From a virus (lineage: Duplodnaviria; Caudoviricetes): a stretch of 59,412 nucleotides of DNA. How positions within the stretch are numbered: the stretch's first letter is position 1; each line of letters begins with the position of its first letter. The stretch spans positions 1 through 59,412 of the IMG/VR virus record IMGVR_UViG_3300032225_001111; one strand, written 5' to 3'. Under the pieces are notes generated by a model. It was not told the origin of the DNA. It was given only the letters and a program-made list of their open reading frames with translations, and did not search any database. This document shows positions 1 through 9,903 of the stretch, in pieces. Made by a program: the position numbers and the translations under genes.

Positions 1-123
1 ACTCAGATGCACCATTGAACCCACTTCGCGAAGCGGCAGAATTCGTTACACAGCGCCTTCTTCTTCGTCGTGAACTACAGTTCGTAACTGACTTCTTCAC
101 AACAGGCGTATGGGGATCAGACG
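1..123. repeat. Terminal direct repeat copy 1 (circular assembly overlap)
   Basis: Bases 1-123 are identical to 59290-59412, and the capsid ORF reads through the join in frame. Confidence 0.97.
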
Positions 124-683
124 TAACTGGTGTTTCAGGTTCACCATCAACAGGGCAGACACGTCAATGGTCTGACTATACAAACTCAGATCCAATCAAC
201 GACATCGAAGCAGCAAAGTCACAGATCCTTTCAACAACAGGTATCGAAGCCAACACACTCGTTCTTGGCTACGAAGTATTCCGTCAGTTGAAGAATCACC
301 CTGATCTTGTTGATCGTATCAAGTACACATCTTCACAGACAATTACAACCGACATGCTTGCCGCGATGTTTGACATCCCACGCGTTATGGTTGCAAAGGC
401 TGTAAAGGCAACAAACAACGAAGGTGCAACTGGCGCTTACGGCTTTGCTTATGGCAAGGGCGCGCTTCTTTGCAACGTTGCAACAAACCCAGGAGTTCTT
501 ACTCCATCTGCTGGATACCAGTTCTCATGGACTGGCGTTTCAGGCGGTCTAGGTGCAAACATCGGAACTTCATCGTTCCGCATGGAATCACTCAAGGCAA
601 CACGCGTTGAAGCAGAAATGGCGTTTGACAACAAGGTAGTCGCGAGCGATCTCGGTTACTTCTGGACAACAATCGTTGCCTAA
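1..683 (+). CDS. Major capsid protein, C-terminal part (full gene 58995..59289 + 1..683, 325 aa)
   Basis: In frame with the ATG at 58995 across the circular join; follows scaffold and decoration genes; followed by a terminator. Confidence 0.9.
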   Translation, partial: SDAPLNPLREAAEFVTQRLLLRRELQFVTDFFTTGVWGSDVTGVSGSPSTGQTRQWSDYTNSDPINDIEAAKSQILSTTGIEANTLVLGYEVFRQLKNHPDLVDRIKYTSSQTITTDMLAAMFDIPRVMVAKAVKATNNEGATGAYGFAYGKGALLCNVATNPGVLTPSAGYQFSWTGVSGGLGANIGTSSFRMESLKATRVEAEMAFDNKVVASDLGYFWTTIVA

Positions 684-699
684 TAAATTCAACTGATAG

Positions 700-728
700 A
701 GGGGGGAGCAGAAATGTTCCCCCTTTTG
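700..728 (+). terminator. Intrinsic terminator after the capsid gene
   Basis: GGGGGAGCA-GAAA-TGTTCCCCC hairpin followed by TTTT. Confidence 0.75.
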
Positions 729-745
729 TCGTAGGAAAGGAAATC

Positions 746-934
746 ATGAAAGTAAGAGTAATGAAAGCGTTTATCTCAGACGGAAAGATGCTAGAAGTCG
801 GGTCGATCGTTGATGCGAGTTCATGGAAGAACGTGAAAACACTCGAAGGTTCTCGATACATTTCCCCAGTTTATTTTGAAACCGAAAGCGAAACAACGAA
901 AGAAATCAAACCAAAAGCCTCTACCAAGGCATAA
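746..934 (+). CDS. Small head-associated hypothetical protein
   Basis: AAAGGA RBS; position after capsid gene; MKVRVMKAF...VGSIVD pattern. Confidence 0.7.
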   Translation: MKVRVMKAFISDGKMLEVGSIVDASSWKNVKTLEGSRYISPVYFETESETTKEIKPKASTKA

Positions 935-949
935 GGGAAGTAAGATTGG

Positions 950-976
950 GGGGCGTGGAGTAATCTGCGCCCCTTT
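950..976 (+). terminator. Probable intrinsic terminator
   Basis: GGGGCGTGGA-GTAA-TCTGCGCCCC then TTT. Confidence 0.55.
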
Positions 977-996
977 GATCATTTGAGGAGTGTGAA

Positions 997-1575
997 ATGG
1001 CAATTCCAGCAAACCTGTCGACCCTCACGGTGACTGGCACATACATCGACATCGCTGGTAACCCCATTGCAGGTCAGGTCAAATTTACGCCTCGTGCGGT
1101 GATCAAAGATACGACTCTCAATTACATCTTGATCAACTCAACGATCACAGTCACCCTCGATGCTAACGGATCATTTTCTAAGTCGTTGATCGTCACAGAT
1201 GATGCCGATGCGTCACCAACAGGCTTTACTTATTATGTAGAAGAAGCGTTCGTGGGCGGTCGATCATTTGACATGCTCTTGCCAGCCGCAACTGCTGGTG
1301 GAACACTCGATCTTGCTGACGTATCACCAGCCGTTGCAAACTCAGGATCAGCCGCTCTTTACGTTACATCAACACAATTCAACGGCATCGACACAAGACT
1401 CACCCTTGTTGAAGCAAACGTAGTAACATCAAATTCATACTTTGCTTCTTTGAATACTGCACTCGCCGCCGCAGTAACGGCTTCAAATGCTAAAACAGCA
1501 TTAGTTGGTTCTTACATCACGGCAATTAGCGGTTTGAACGAAAATGGTTTGCTATACCCAACAAGGGCATACTAA
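997..1575 (+). CDS. Virion accessory/fibre protein, paralog of 1667..2755 N-terminus
   Basis: GAGGAG RBS; shares the TxTGxYIDxxGNPIAGQVK N-terminal domain with 1667..2755. Confidence 0.7.
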   Translation: MAIPANLSTLTVTGTYIDIAGNPIAGQVKFTPRAVIKDTTLNYILINSTITVTLDANGSFSKSLIVTDDADASPTGFTYYVEEAFVGGRSFDMLLPAATAGGTLDLADVSPAVANSGSAALYVTSTQFNGIDTRLTLVEANVVTSNSYFASLNTALAAAVTASNAKTALVGSYITAISGLNENGLLYPTRAY

Positions 1576-1667
1576 TGTATTTCCTTACTCATGTGACTTT
1601 TCAAGGTGTTTTTATTGTTTCTTTGATCATGTTGACAGTTATTGGAATGTGGTGGGCTGAACGATAA
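1575..1667 (+). CDS. 30-aa single-TM peptide (not in ORF track)
   Basis: MYFLTHVTFQGVFIVSLIMLTVIGMWWAER; TAATG overlaps with both neighbours. Confidence 0.55.
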   Translation: MYFLTHVTFQGVFIVSLIMLTVIGMWWAER

Positions 1668-2755
1668 TGGCACTGCCAGTAAACATCACCACGATCACCC
1701 TCACAGGTCGCTACATCGATTTTGAAGGCAATCCAATTGCAGGACAGGTAAAGATTTACCCAAGTCAAGTATTGATCGACGCGGCGGCTGATCGCATCAT
1801 CATTCCTAACACACTCACAGCCGACCTTGTGAACGGTTCGTTTAGTCTAACTGTTCCAGTCACCAATGATCCTGACGTAACCGCCTCAAACCCCGGAACT
1901 ACCTATTACTACTGGTATGAAGAGGCGTTCAATGGCGGCTCAACTTACAAAATTTTTATTCCGTCGTCTTATGGTGCAACAGTTGACATAAGTGCAATCC
2001 GCGAAACTGCAACTACTGTCCAATACATTCAACCTGTTTCAGGCGATCTATGGCCGCCCATCGAAGTTCGAACAACAGCAGTTGAAAGTCAATACTCAAA
2101 TCTTCCTTCGCTTGCATCGCCTCAGCAATACCAATTCTTAGCCCTCAAATGCGGCACATACGGCACGCTGGCAAGCGACTATGCAACTTACTCGCTTCTA
2201 ACATCATCAATGACTATTTTATTCACCACCGCCCGACTTGGAACTATTATTGATCGTATTACTCGTCTTGATAATGCAACATCAGCAACTTCCGTTGACC
2301 TTCGTGATACAACAAACGGGGGTTCAGTTACGGCAAGCGGTTATGGTCCTCATGCAGTCAAATGGGGAACGTATCAAAACTGGTCAAATCAGTATGCAAC
2401 CTATAACTTACTTACAGGAGCATCCATCGGTTATGTCTACAACGATTACGGCAACCTTTTGACTCAACTTGGCTACGCCCTCAACGGAAGCGTTTATGAC
2501 ATCACTTCAATCACAGACAATTGGTTGAAGCAAACCCGCGTCAAAACGGGTAATGATTACAGCGCAATGACATACGCTTATGCTTATTTGAGCGGCACTT
2601 ACGCAATGGTGGCAACAGATTACGGCACATACTCATCGCTCGGCGGCGCGACTTTTACACTCAACATTCGCGATACTGCTGATAGACTACAGACTGCGGC
2701 AACGCATCCGCACCCATTATTGACAAGGGGATTTGAGTATGGCATTAGCGTATAA
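1667..2755 (+). CDS. Virion accessory/fibre protein with Tyr-Thr periodic repeats
   Basis: N-terminus paralogous to 997..1575; three GTY-x6-Y[AG]TY blocks. Confidence 0.7.
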   Translation: MALPVNITTITLTGRYIDFEGNPIAGQVKIYPSQVLIDAAADRIIIPNTLTADLVNGSFSLTVPVTNDPDVTASNPGTTYYYWYEEAFNGGSTYKIFIPSSYGATVDISAIRETATTVQYIQPVSGDLWPPIEVRTTAVESQYSNLPSLASPQQYQFLALKCGTYGTLASDYATYSLLTSSMTILFTTARLGTIIDRITRLDNATSATSVDLRDTTNGGSVTASGYGPHAVKWGTYQNWSNQYATYNLLTGASIGYVYNDYGNLLTQLGYALNGSVYDITSITDNWLKQTRVKTGNDYSAMTYAYAYLSGTYAMVATDYGTYSSLGGATFTLNIRDTADRLQTAATHPHPLLTRGFEYGISV

Positions 2756-3068
2756 AGTATTGGGGCAATCAGCGCCAACTGCCGCTACTTTGACCGATCT
2801 TTACACAGTTCCATCTGCGACCACCGCGATCGTGTCTAGTGTTGCAGTTTGTAACACTTCAACATCTGCCACAACTTTTCGAATTGCTGTTCGTATAAAT
2901 AATGCGGCAATTAGCACTGCATCTTATGTCGCCTATGAAATCCCAATCAATGGTGTTTCAACAACCGAAGTCGCTTTAGGTATTACAATGGGTACTGCTG
3001 ACGTGTTGACGGTGTATTCTTTGTCAGGGACTTGTTCGTTCAACGCCTTTGGCGTTCAGATAGTATAA
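2739..3068 (+). CDS. Small beta-rich virion/fibre-associated protein
   Basis: ATG 2739 preferred to TTG 2733; AYKVLGQSAP...LYTVP...AIVSS; similar to 3613..3918. Confidence 0.7.
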   Translation: MALAYKVLGQSAPTAATLTDLYTVPSATTAIVSSVAVCNTSTSATTFRIAVRINNAAISTASYVAYEIPINGVSTTEVALGITMGTADVLTVYSLSGTCSFNAFGVQIV

Positions 3069-3077
3069 GGAGTGTAA

Positions 3078-3560
3078 ATGGGAGCAACAACATCAGGCGG
3101 TATTCGTTACCCTGTATCAACTGACACAGTCAACATTCCTAACGACTTATTCAATTTGGCAAGCGACGTTCAGACATACATCAACGCAAATGCTTTGACA
3201 ACATCAGGAACTTACACTCTAACAAATAAGACAATGGGAACAACAGGTCTTGGTTTCTTCGGTGCGTCGGGACAAACAACTTTCAAAACAACATTGAACG
3301 CCTCTACTCCTGCGGCGAACGTAACGATCAACTTGCCTAACGTTGCAGGAACAGTATCTTTGATCAATAACGTTGAAACCCTGTCAAATAAATCTTTTGA
3401 TACTCAATTGACTATCAACGGCTCAGGATCAGGTTCAACGGTCATTCAAGCCAACCCGTCAGCCGCAGGAACGATCATTTTGCCTACCACGGGTGGAACG
3501 CTAGCAACAACTGACAACATTGGTAACACAGAAATGCCATTGATCATGGCGGCTTATTAG
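3078..3560 (+). CDS. Tail fibre-like protein
   Basis: AAGGAG RBS; TLTNKT/TLSNKS fibre-type repeats; Thr/Gly-rich. Confidence 0.65.
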   Translation: MGATTSGGIRYPVSTDTVNIPNDLFNLASDVQTYINANALTTSGTYTLTNKTMGTTGLGFFGASGQTTFKTTLNASTPAANVTINLPNVAGTVSLINNVETLSNKSFDTQLTINGSGSGSTVIQANPSAAGTIILPTTGGTLATTDNIGNTEMPLIMAAY

Positions 3561-3612
3561 GGGCAAATCCTTCGTAGGTATGCAAGAATAAGCACATAGG
3601 ACAGGAGAAAAA

Positions 3613-3918
3613 ATGGCAGTAAATACACCGAAAACGATGGCGCGTGGTGCGTTTGCAACATCATCAGCAACCCTTTACACCACCCCAGTTTCAACAACTG
3701 CAATTGTTACATCAATTGTTGTTGCAAATACCAGCGGATCACAACAGTCATTTACTATTTCATTTGACGGCATTGCAATGTTCGGAACATGCGCAATCCT
3801 TCCCAACACGACCCAAATTGTAGACATACGTCAAGTATTGACAACAACTAAAGTGATTACGGGTTTTGCATCTGCAACATCTGTCAACTATCACATTTGC
3901 GGAATGGAAAGCGTATAA
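3613..3918 (+). CDS. Small beta-rich virion/fibre-associated protein
   Basis: AGGAG RBS; LYTTP..TTAIVTSIVVAN motif shared with 2739..3068. Confidence 0.7.
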   Translation: MAVNTPKTMARGAFATSSATLYTTPVSTTAIVTSIVVANTSGSQQSFTISFDGIAMFGTCAILPNTTQIVDIRQVLTTTKVITGFASATSVNYHICGMESV

Positions 3919-3919
3919 C

Positions 3920-4747
3920 ATGGCATCAACAACAGTTCCTGCATCAGGTGGCGGTCTAGCACCTTATTATCAAAAATTTGTTTCCTCTGGAACATTTACT
4001 TTGCCTTCGGGTTACGGCGCATCAAAGCCGTTGCTTGTGAACATTCAAGTTATCGGCGGCGGTGGCGGCGGTTCTGCGCCAATCACCTATGTATTTAATG
4101 GCAACGGCGGTCATAGTGATTATTATGGCGAAGGTCGCATGATTTCGGGAACATACACTAACAACAATACTGGTGGACCTGGTGGTTCAGGCGGTCTTTG
4201 TGCAACACAACTTTACTTAACTTCGAATTTAACAATTACAGTAGGTGCCGCAGGTAATCGTGGAACTTCGACCACAATTACAAATAATGAAAATCCTTAT
4301 GGTGGCAACTTTAGTAACGGTGGCGGCGGTTCTGGTATTACTATTGCTGCCACAAACGCAATCGTTGGTGGCACAGGGGGAACTTCAACAGCAAGCGTTT
4401 TACAAGCAACAGGTGGGGCTGGCGGTTATTCAAACACAGCAGTAGCAGGTCGTCCCGGAAATAACGTTCGTTATTCTTATTCAAATTACAATGTCGGCGA
4501 CTGGATGAGGGATAACACAAACCCAACAGTCGGCGGTGGCGGTACTCCTGCTGGTACAAATGGTGCCGCGACACCACTTTTAGGAACACTTGCTGGCGGT
4601 TCAACATCAACTACTCCTGTTCGTGGTTCATTTGGTATTGGTGGAGTTACATCTGATGGTTTAACTTCGACAGGCACCGAAGGTTCAGGTGGTGGTGGTT
4701 ATTCAATCGGTGCCTCAGGCGCTGTTATTCTTACTTGGTGGGCATAG
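3920..4747 (+). CDS. Glycine-rich tail fibre/receptor-binding-like protein
   Basis: SSGTFTLP...VIGGGGGG...GSGG...ITVGAAG...GAVIL glycine-rich domain; ATG at 3920. Confidence 0.7.
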   Translation: MASTTVPASGGGLAPYYQKFVSSGTFTLPSGYGASKPLLVNIQVIGGGGGGSAPITYVFNGNGGHSDYYGEGRMISGTYTNNNTGGPGGSGGLCATQLYLTSNLTITVGAAGNRGTSTTITNNENPYGGNFSNGGGGSGITIAATNAIVGGTGGTSTASVLQATGGAGGYSNTAVAGRPGNNVRYSYSNYNVGDWMRDNTNPTVGGGGTPAGTNGAATPLLGTLAGGSTSTTPVRGSFGIGGVTSDGLTSTGTEGSGGGGYSIGASGAVILTWWA

Positions 4748-4755
4748 GAGCAATT

Positions 4756-5196
4756 ATGAGTCCAATTAAAAATGTAGCCTTGATCAATAAATTGGGGCAA
4801 GTAGTCAATCATGTTGTAGTCGATACTGATGATAAAGAACTTTTAGATGCGCTTCATGTAGAGTGGGATACTCATCGCCATGTTGAGACCAAAGATGATG
4901 ACATAATTATTCTTCATCAATCAGAAGAAGTGTGGACAACTCACTGCAATGATCTTGAATGTGAAAATAAAGGATTTACTTTGCCTGATGCGGAAGTTTA
5001 TTTCAAAGCACTAGGAGTTGAAATTCCACCTGCGACTACAGAAATTGAATTTGTACCGCCTAAAGAAATTACAATTAACGGTCGCGTTTATCCAGAAGAT
5101 TCTTTATTGATCAAAGAAAATGCAGCAAGGCGTCCAGAAGGATGGGTATTACCAGAGGGAGTATTAGAAGTTTCGCTATCTGATAAAGATAAATAA
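4756..5196 (+). CDS. Hypothetical protein (possible fibre assembly chaperone)
   Basis: AGGAG RBS before ATG 4756; ALIN..G.VVN.VV motif directly after a Gly-rich fibre gene. Confidence 0.6.
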   Translation: MSPIKNVALINKLGQVVNHVVVDTDDKELLDALHVEWDTHRHVETKDDDIIILHQSEEVWTTHCNDLECENKGFTLPDAEVYFKALGVEIPPATTEIEFVPPKEITINGRVYPEDSLLIKENAARRPEGWVLPEGVLEVSLSDKDK

Positions 5197-5229
5197 CATT
5201 TATTTGTAATTGATTAACGGGTTCATGTC

Positions 5230-5994
5230 ATGTATGTTAAAGACATGAACCTGTTAAATTTTAACAAAGCAAAACCAAAAAAAATTTTATTTAACCCCTT
5301 TAATGAGTGGGTTAGGGCATCAGAAACAAAACCAGTACCAAGTTTTTCAATAATGCCTTCATGGTATAAACAGTTGCGTCGTTTTGTTAATAACAGCGAT
5401 TTTCCCATTAAGGCACACGGCAAACCTGATGTAAAAATGTGTTCTCCTTTTCGCGAGGCGATCACTTACGGCTATCTTTTGGTAACTCCATGTGAATTAG
5501 AAGTAACATGGATGGCAGATGGAACTCCTGAAATTAGTTGGAATCCTCAATTCCCTTATGACCCAATTCATTTACGCGGAGATGTTAGAAATCCTGAAAA
5601 TCAAGGACTAGGAATGTCTATACCTGCGGGATGTAGCCCATTTATGTTTGCACTAAGTCCAATGTGGGCGCCTGAAACACCAAAAGGCTATTCTGTTTTA
5701 ATAACTCATCCTTTGAATCGACATGAGTTGCCTTTTATTTTAACAAGTGGAATTATGGATTCTGATAAATGGACTGATGCAGGAAACATGCCTTTTTTCA
5801 TAAAAAGTGATTTTGTTGGTGTAATTCCTAAAGGAACGCCTATTGCTCAAATCATTCCACTTAAACGAGATGACTGGGAAAGTGAATACATGATAGAAAA
5901 TTCAACGCGTAATTCTCATCGAGTGGCTTTACGCGATAGTTTTTTTTATGGTTATTATCATCGTTTTATTCGAGTTAAAAAATCTTTCAAATGA
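5230..5994 (+). CDS. Hypothetical protein, island family A (DUF6065-like)
   Basis: PxWYK, KxCxPFxxAITxGY, TPKGYS, GIxDxD and PxGTPIA motifs; paralog of 6707..7420. Confidence 0.7.
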   Translation: MYVKDMNLLNFNKAKPKKILFNPFNEWVRASETKPVPSFSIMPSWYKQLRRFVNNSDFPIKAHGKPDVKMCSPFREAITYGYLLVTPCELEVTWMADGTPEISWNPQFPYDPIHLRGDVRNPENQGLGMSIPAGCSPFMFALSPMWAPETPKGYSVLITHPLNRHELPFILTSGIMDSDKWTDAGNMPFFIKSDFVGVIPKGTPIAQIIPLKRDDWESEYMIENSTRNSHRVALRDSFFYGYYHRFIRVKKSFK

Positions 5995-6707
5995 AAACAG
6001 TTTATTGGTCGCCATTTTTTCCTATGGACGAATACCCATCAGTTCAATTGATGTATGAACAACCCGATCCTTTGCTTCAAGACCTTTTGCCACGTCGTAA
6101 CAAAAATGCCAATGGTGATAATTGGTTTCAATGTCATGCTTTTCAAGCAACTATTCGAAACACGTTTATTTTAAGAAATCATTTTTCTGCAACTTTTGCT
6201 ATTGACGATCAAATTGACATCATTCCAATAGACTTAAACGCCAAAAGAAACAGCAATTTTCTAGCAAGAAAACAACCATCAGTAATCAATGCTCAAACAT
6301 TTGCAACTAGAGGTTTATGGCTCTTTTGGTCGGAAGAACCATTGATAATAACGACCACTCCTGCTCATTATCATAAACCCGTATTTGATGGTTACTACAT
6401 AGGTGGGTCGTTTGACATTGGCAAATGGTTTAGACCAATAGAGGGGGCTATTCAATTAAATGAAGGCGTTAATACTGTTTCACTTAATCGCGGTGATCCA
6501 CTTGCTTATGTCAAGTTCGAAACTAAGGAGCCAATAACTCTAAAACGTTTTTACATGACAAAAGAATTAGAAGAACTAAATTGGGGTTGTATAAATTACA
6601 AACGCTATGAACCTAAAAAATCATTGAATTTTCTTTATGACAAATTCACACAGCGCGGATTAGACAAAATTATTACTCGTGAAATAAAAAAGAATTTGGT
6701 GGGCTAA
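5991..6707 (+). CDS. Hypothetical protein, island family B
   Basis: VYWS, QCxAFQ and GGxxDIGKWxRPI motifs; paralog of 7417..8139. Confidence 0.7.
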   Translation: MKTVYWSPFFPMDEYPSVQLMYEQPDPLLQDLLPRRNKNANGDNWFQCHAFQATIRNTFILRNHFSATFAIDDQIDIIPIDLNAKRNSNFLARKQPSVINAQTFATRGLWLFWSEEPLIITTTPAHYHKPVFDGYYIGGSFDIGKWFRPIEGAIQLNEGVNTVSLNRGDPLAYVKFETKEPITLKRFYMTKELEELNWGCINYKRYEPKKSLNFLYDKFTQRGLDKIITREIKKNLVG

Positions 6708-7420
6708 TGGACATAACTTTCATTCTTGATAAATCTTTGCCGTTTAGTAATTTAATTCCTTTAGAGTTTTATCCTATACCAGCATCAAAAGAAATTCCAG
6801 AATGGTATAAAAAAATGTCGTCTAGTTTAGACATTTCAGATCCCAAAAGGGCGAATGAGACTTCAACCATGAAGCGGTGCATGCCTATTTTTGATGCAAT
6901 TACTACGGGTTATTTGATCAAAACTTTTACAGACATAGTTATAGAAAAACAAGAAAACGGCAGTTACAAATGGTCATGGGCTTTGCCTATGAACGAAACG
7001 AGTTCTCCAATAGAAACTCATCCGGGTTTTCAAATGATGAACTATAAGGACATACCAAACATTTTAGGTTCAATGAAGTTTACAAATCCTTTTGGAATCA
7101 TAACCCCTAAAGGTTACTCTTGTTTATTTATGAATCCCCCGCATAGACCCGACTGGGGTGGTTCAATTTTAGAAGGAATTGTTGATACTGATTACTACCA
7201 TTCTCCTGTTAATTTTCCATTTTTCTATAATTTAGAAAAAGGTGTTGTGCCTGCTGGAACACCAATTGCTCTTGTTTTGCCATTTAAGAGAGAATCATGG
7301 AAAATGAGAATAGGTAGCGATAAAGATTTCAATAAATTGATGAATAGCAGAGGAACTGTTAGAAGTGTTTTTATTCAAGGCTATAAAAATTTTCTAAGGC
7401 AGAAAAAAGAATTCAAATGA
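6707..7420 (+). CDS. Hypothetical protein, island family A (DUF6065-like)
   Basis: Same motifs as 5230..5994. Confidence 0.7.
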   Translation: MDITFILDKSLPFSNLIPLEFYPIPASKEIPEWYKKMSSSLDISDPKRANETSTMKRCMPIFDAITTGYLIKTFTDIVIEKQENGSYKWSWALPMNETSSPIETHPGFQMMNYKDIPNILGSMKFTNPFGIITPKGYSCLFMNPPHRPDWGGSILEGIVDTDYYHSPVNFPFFYNLEKGVVPAGTPIALVLPFKRESWKMRIGSDKDFNKLMNSRGTVRSVFIQGYKNFLRQKKEFK

Positions 7421-8139
7421 ATAATGATCCGTTAATTGTTTATTGGTCATCGACTTTAAGTTTAGTGGAAGTTTATCGATCATTGCATAAACAAAAATCC
7501 AAAACACGTATTCAACCCGTAAATTTGCTTCAATGCCCAGCATTTCAAAACGGCATGGATAATTTGTTCATGTTAACTCTAACAAAAGATGAAAGTTATG
7601 AGTGGAATGTTGAGTGGGATTTAACTAAAGGTTTGAACAAAACTTTGGACATCCCGCGAACTCGTTATCAACATTTCGAAAATTCAGACTATTTTAATTT
7701 GCCCTACGCATTGAATTTATTTTGTGAAGAATCTTTACAAATGCAAGCAACCGCTCCATGGTTTCATAAGTCAACTTTTCAAGAAAAAGGCACTACAGTC
7801 GGGGGCATTTATGACATTGGAAAATGGTATCGCCCAATCATTATGGATGTTTGCGTATGGGGCAATAGCGGAAAGATTGATTTTAAGGCAAATGAGCCTC
7901 TTTATTACATAAAATTTTTGACAGATAGACCTGTCAAAATGGTGCGGTATAACAATACCCCCGAACTTGAACTTTTTGCTACGACCTTAATCAATGACCC
8001 TAATCGATCAATTGGCAAGCGGTTTGGAACATTGGAAAAACGCTATGAAATTTTTGCGCAATCGCCCATAAGGCAAGCGATAATTGAAGAAATCAAAGCC
8101 AACCTAGTGTCTGAGGACATCGCCAGCCCTAGCGTGTAG
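7417..8139 (+). CDS. Hypothetical protein, island family B
   Basis: Same motifs as 5991..6707. Confidence 0.7.
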   Translation: MNNDPLIVYWSSTLSLVEVYRSLHKQKSKTRIQPVNLLQCPAFQNGMDNLFMLTLTKDESYEWNVEWDLTKGLNKTLDIPRTRYQHFENSDYFNLPYALNLFCEESLQMQATAPWFHKSTFQEKGTTVGGIYDIGKWYRPIIMDVCVWGNSGKIDFKANEPLYYIKFLTDRPVKMVRYNNTPELELFATTLINDPNRSIGKRFGTLEKRYEIFAQSPIRQAIIEEIKANLVSEDIASPSV

Positions 8140-8148
8140 TATTGAGGC

Positions 8149-8592
8149 ATGACCTTTACCTATGTGAGCCCACTTACCGCCGATCGCGATAAAGTGCGCT
8201 TCCTTATTCAAGACACAGACTCAACCGCACCTCACATGACCGATGAGGAAATTCAATGGTTGATCGCAGAATGGGCAGATGTTTATGACGCTGCGGCTAA
8301 TGCGGCTGACATCCTTGCTGGTTCATACGCTCACAAGGCTGATTATGTAAAGCGTGTTGGTGATTTACACCTTCAAGAAACTTATTCAAAGCAATCAGAA
8401 CGTTTCCAAGCACTTGCTACGACTTTGCGCACGAATCGAATGAGGCGTTATGTTCCGAAATGGGTTGCAAATAGCGCGGCACTTCAATCAACTAACGAAC
8501 GCAATGTAGACACTTATCACACAGATGCGTTTGTTGGTCAGATGGATAATCCACGCGGAACGGGTGCTGGAAGTCTAAACGGGAGTAACTAA
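8149..8592 (+). CDS. Head-tail adaptor/connector protein
   Basis: DKVRFLIQDT...MTDEEI motif; first gene of the neck module; leaderless promoter. Confidence 0.75.
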   Translation: MTFTYVSPLTADRDKVRFLIQDTDSTAPHMTDEEIQWLIAEWADVYDAAANAADILAGSYAHKADYVKRVGDLHLQETYSKQSERFQALATTLRTNRMRRYVPKWVANSAALQSTNERNVDTYHTDAFVGQMDNPRGTGAGSLNGSN

Positions 8593-8945
8593 TGTCGCAG
8601 ACATGGAAAGGTCCTGTTGGCATGGAAACTGCCTTTTTAGAAATGATGCCCGACACAGTCACATTCAACGGATCAACCGCTATGGACAAATACGGCAAAA
8701 AAACATTTGGCGGTTCAACAATCACGGCAAGATGCCGCATTATGAACGACACAGTATTGATCAAAGATCAAAATGGCCAAGACATTGTTAGTGAAGGACA
8801 CATTATCCTTTATGGCGATTATTCAAGTTTGACTCTTACGCATAAAGTGACTTTGCCTAATTCAATCAGTCCAGTTATTATCAAAATCGATAACAAAAGC
8901 GATACAGGTGGGGCGCACCATACAGTTGTTTATTTTGGAAAATAA
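8592..8945 (+). CDS. Head closure/stopper protein
   Basis: Synteny; DKYG motif; beta-rich 117 aa. Confidence 0.65.
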   Translation: MSQTWKGPVGMETAFLEMMPDTVTFNGSTAMDKYGKKTFGGSTITARCRIMNDTVLIKDQNGQDIVSEGHIILYGDYSSLTLTHKVTLPNSISPVIIKIDNKSDTGGAHHTVVYFGK

Positions 8946-9353
8946 ATGGAAGTTAGAATTGTTTTTCCCAATGCCTCATTGATCGCAAAAGAAATTGCTG
9001 TTGCAGGTCGAGCGGGTGCAAGAGCCGCCGCCGAAGCATTACGTCACGAAGGACAAGAAGTCCTTGCTCAATCACTTGATGAAGTGCCAGTTGATACAGG
9101 CGCACTCAAAGCATCAGGTCGTTTGCTTCCTCAAAGCGGTGGCGTTATTCAATCGGGTAACACAATGGAAGTTCAAGTTGCCTTTGGTTCAACAGCCGCC
9201 GACTATGCCGTTTATGTTCACGAAAACCTTGAAGCCAATCACCCTCACGGCAAAGCAAAATACGTTGAAGGTCCTATGCTTAGGCAGGTTGTTGGGATTT
9301 CTCAGCGCATAGCAGATAAAGTAAGGGCTACTCAGAAAGGCATCATAAAATGA
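8946..9353 (+). CDS. HK97 gp10-like neck/tail completion protein
   Basis: VPVDTGALKAS...YAVYVHE...AKYVE motif. Confidence 0.8.
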   Translation: MEVRIVFPNASLIAKEIAVAGRAGARAAAEALRHEGQEVLAQSLDEVPVDTGALKASGRLLPQSGGVIQSGNTMEVQVAFGSTAADYAVYVHENLEANHPHGKAKYVEGPMLRQVVGISQRIADKVRATQKGIIK

Positions 9354-9745
9354 TTCTAGAGGCGATAGGCGACTTTTTAGTAACAAATGGATCAGGAACA
9401 CTAGGCACTAACCTTTTCCTCTCCAAAATGCCAGCAACGCCCGATTACTGCATTGCCGTTTATGAGTATGAAGGCATGGCTCCCATTGAAAGCATGGGGT
9501 CTACGGCTTATGACATCGACAAGCCAAGAATTCAAATCATTGTTCGTGGTGCGCGTGATGATTACCCAACAGCAAGAAATGGATTGAAAACAATTCGTGA
9601 CGCAGTTGCGGGCATCTCGAACACTACGATTTCTGGTACGAAGGTATTGCGTGTCATGTCGATCGGTAGTATTCTTCCGTTAGGGTTGGACGATAAAGAA
9701 CGACCTCGATTAGCCGCGAACTTTCAGGTATTTGTGGAGAGATAG
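9350..9745 (+). CDS. Tail terminator-like protein
   Basis: PRIQIIVRG and LGLDDKERP..AANF motifs; synteny. Confidence 0.75.
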   Translation: MILEAIGDFLVTNGSGTLGTNLFLSKMPATPDYCIAVYEYEGMAPIESMGSTAYDIDKPRIQIIVRGARDDYPTARNGLKTIRDAVAGISNTTISGTKVLRVMSIGSILPLGLDDKERPRLAANFQVFVER

Positions 9746-9903
9746 TGACTGATCAAGCGCCGATCAAAGATGCTTACGGACGGGGGGCTGATCGTGACGA
9801 AACGCCTAAGTGCTGGCGCTGTGGACGAATCCTTGCGGAATACCTTACAGTCCCGTATAGCCTCAAATGTTCAAGATGCAAAGCAGTCAACCAACACCTT
9901 TAG
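9745..9903 (+). CDS. Mu Com-like zinc-finger protein, putative translational regulator (not in ORF track)
   Basis: GTG overlapping the upstream TAG; 52 aa ...PKCWRCGRILAEYLTVPYSLKCSRCKAVNQHL, i.e. CxxCx3L...KCxRCx3N. Confidence 0.8.
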   Translation: MTDQAPIKDAYGRGADRDETPKCWRCGRILAEYLTVPYSLKCSRCKAVNQHL

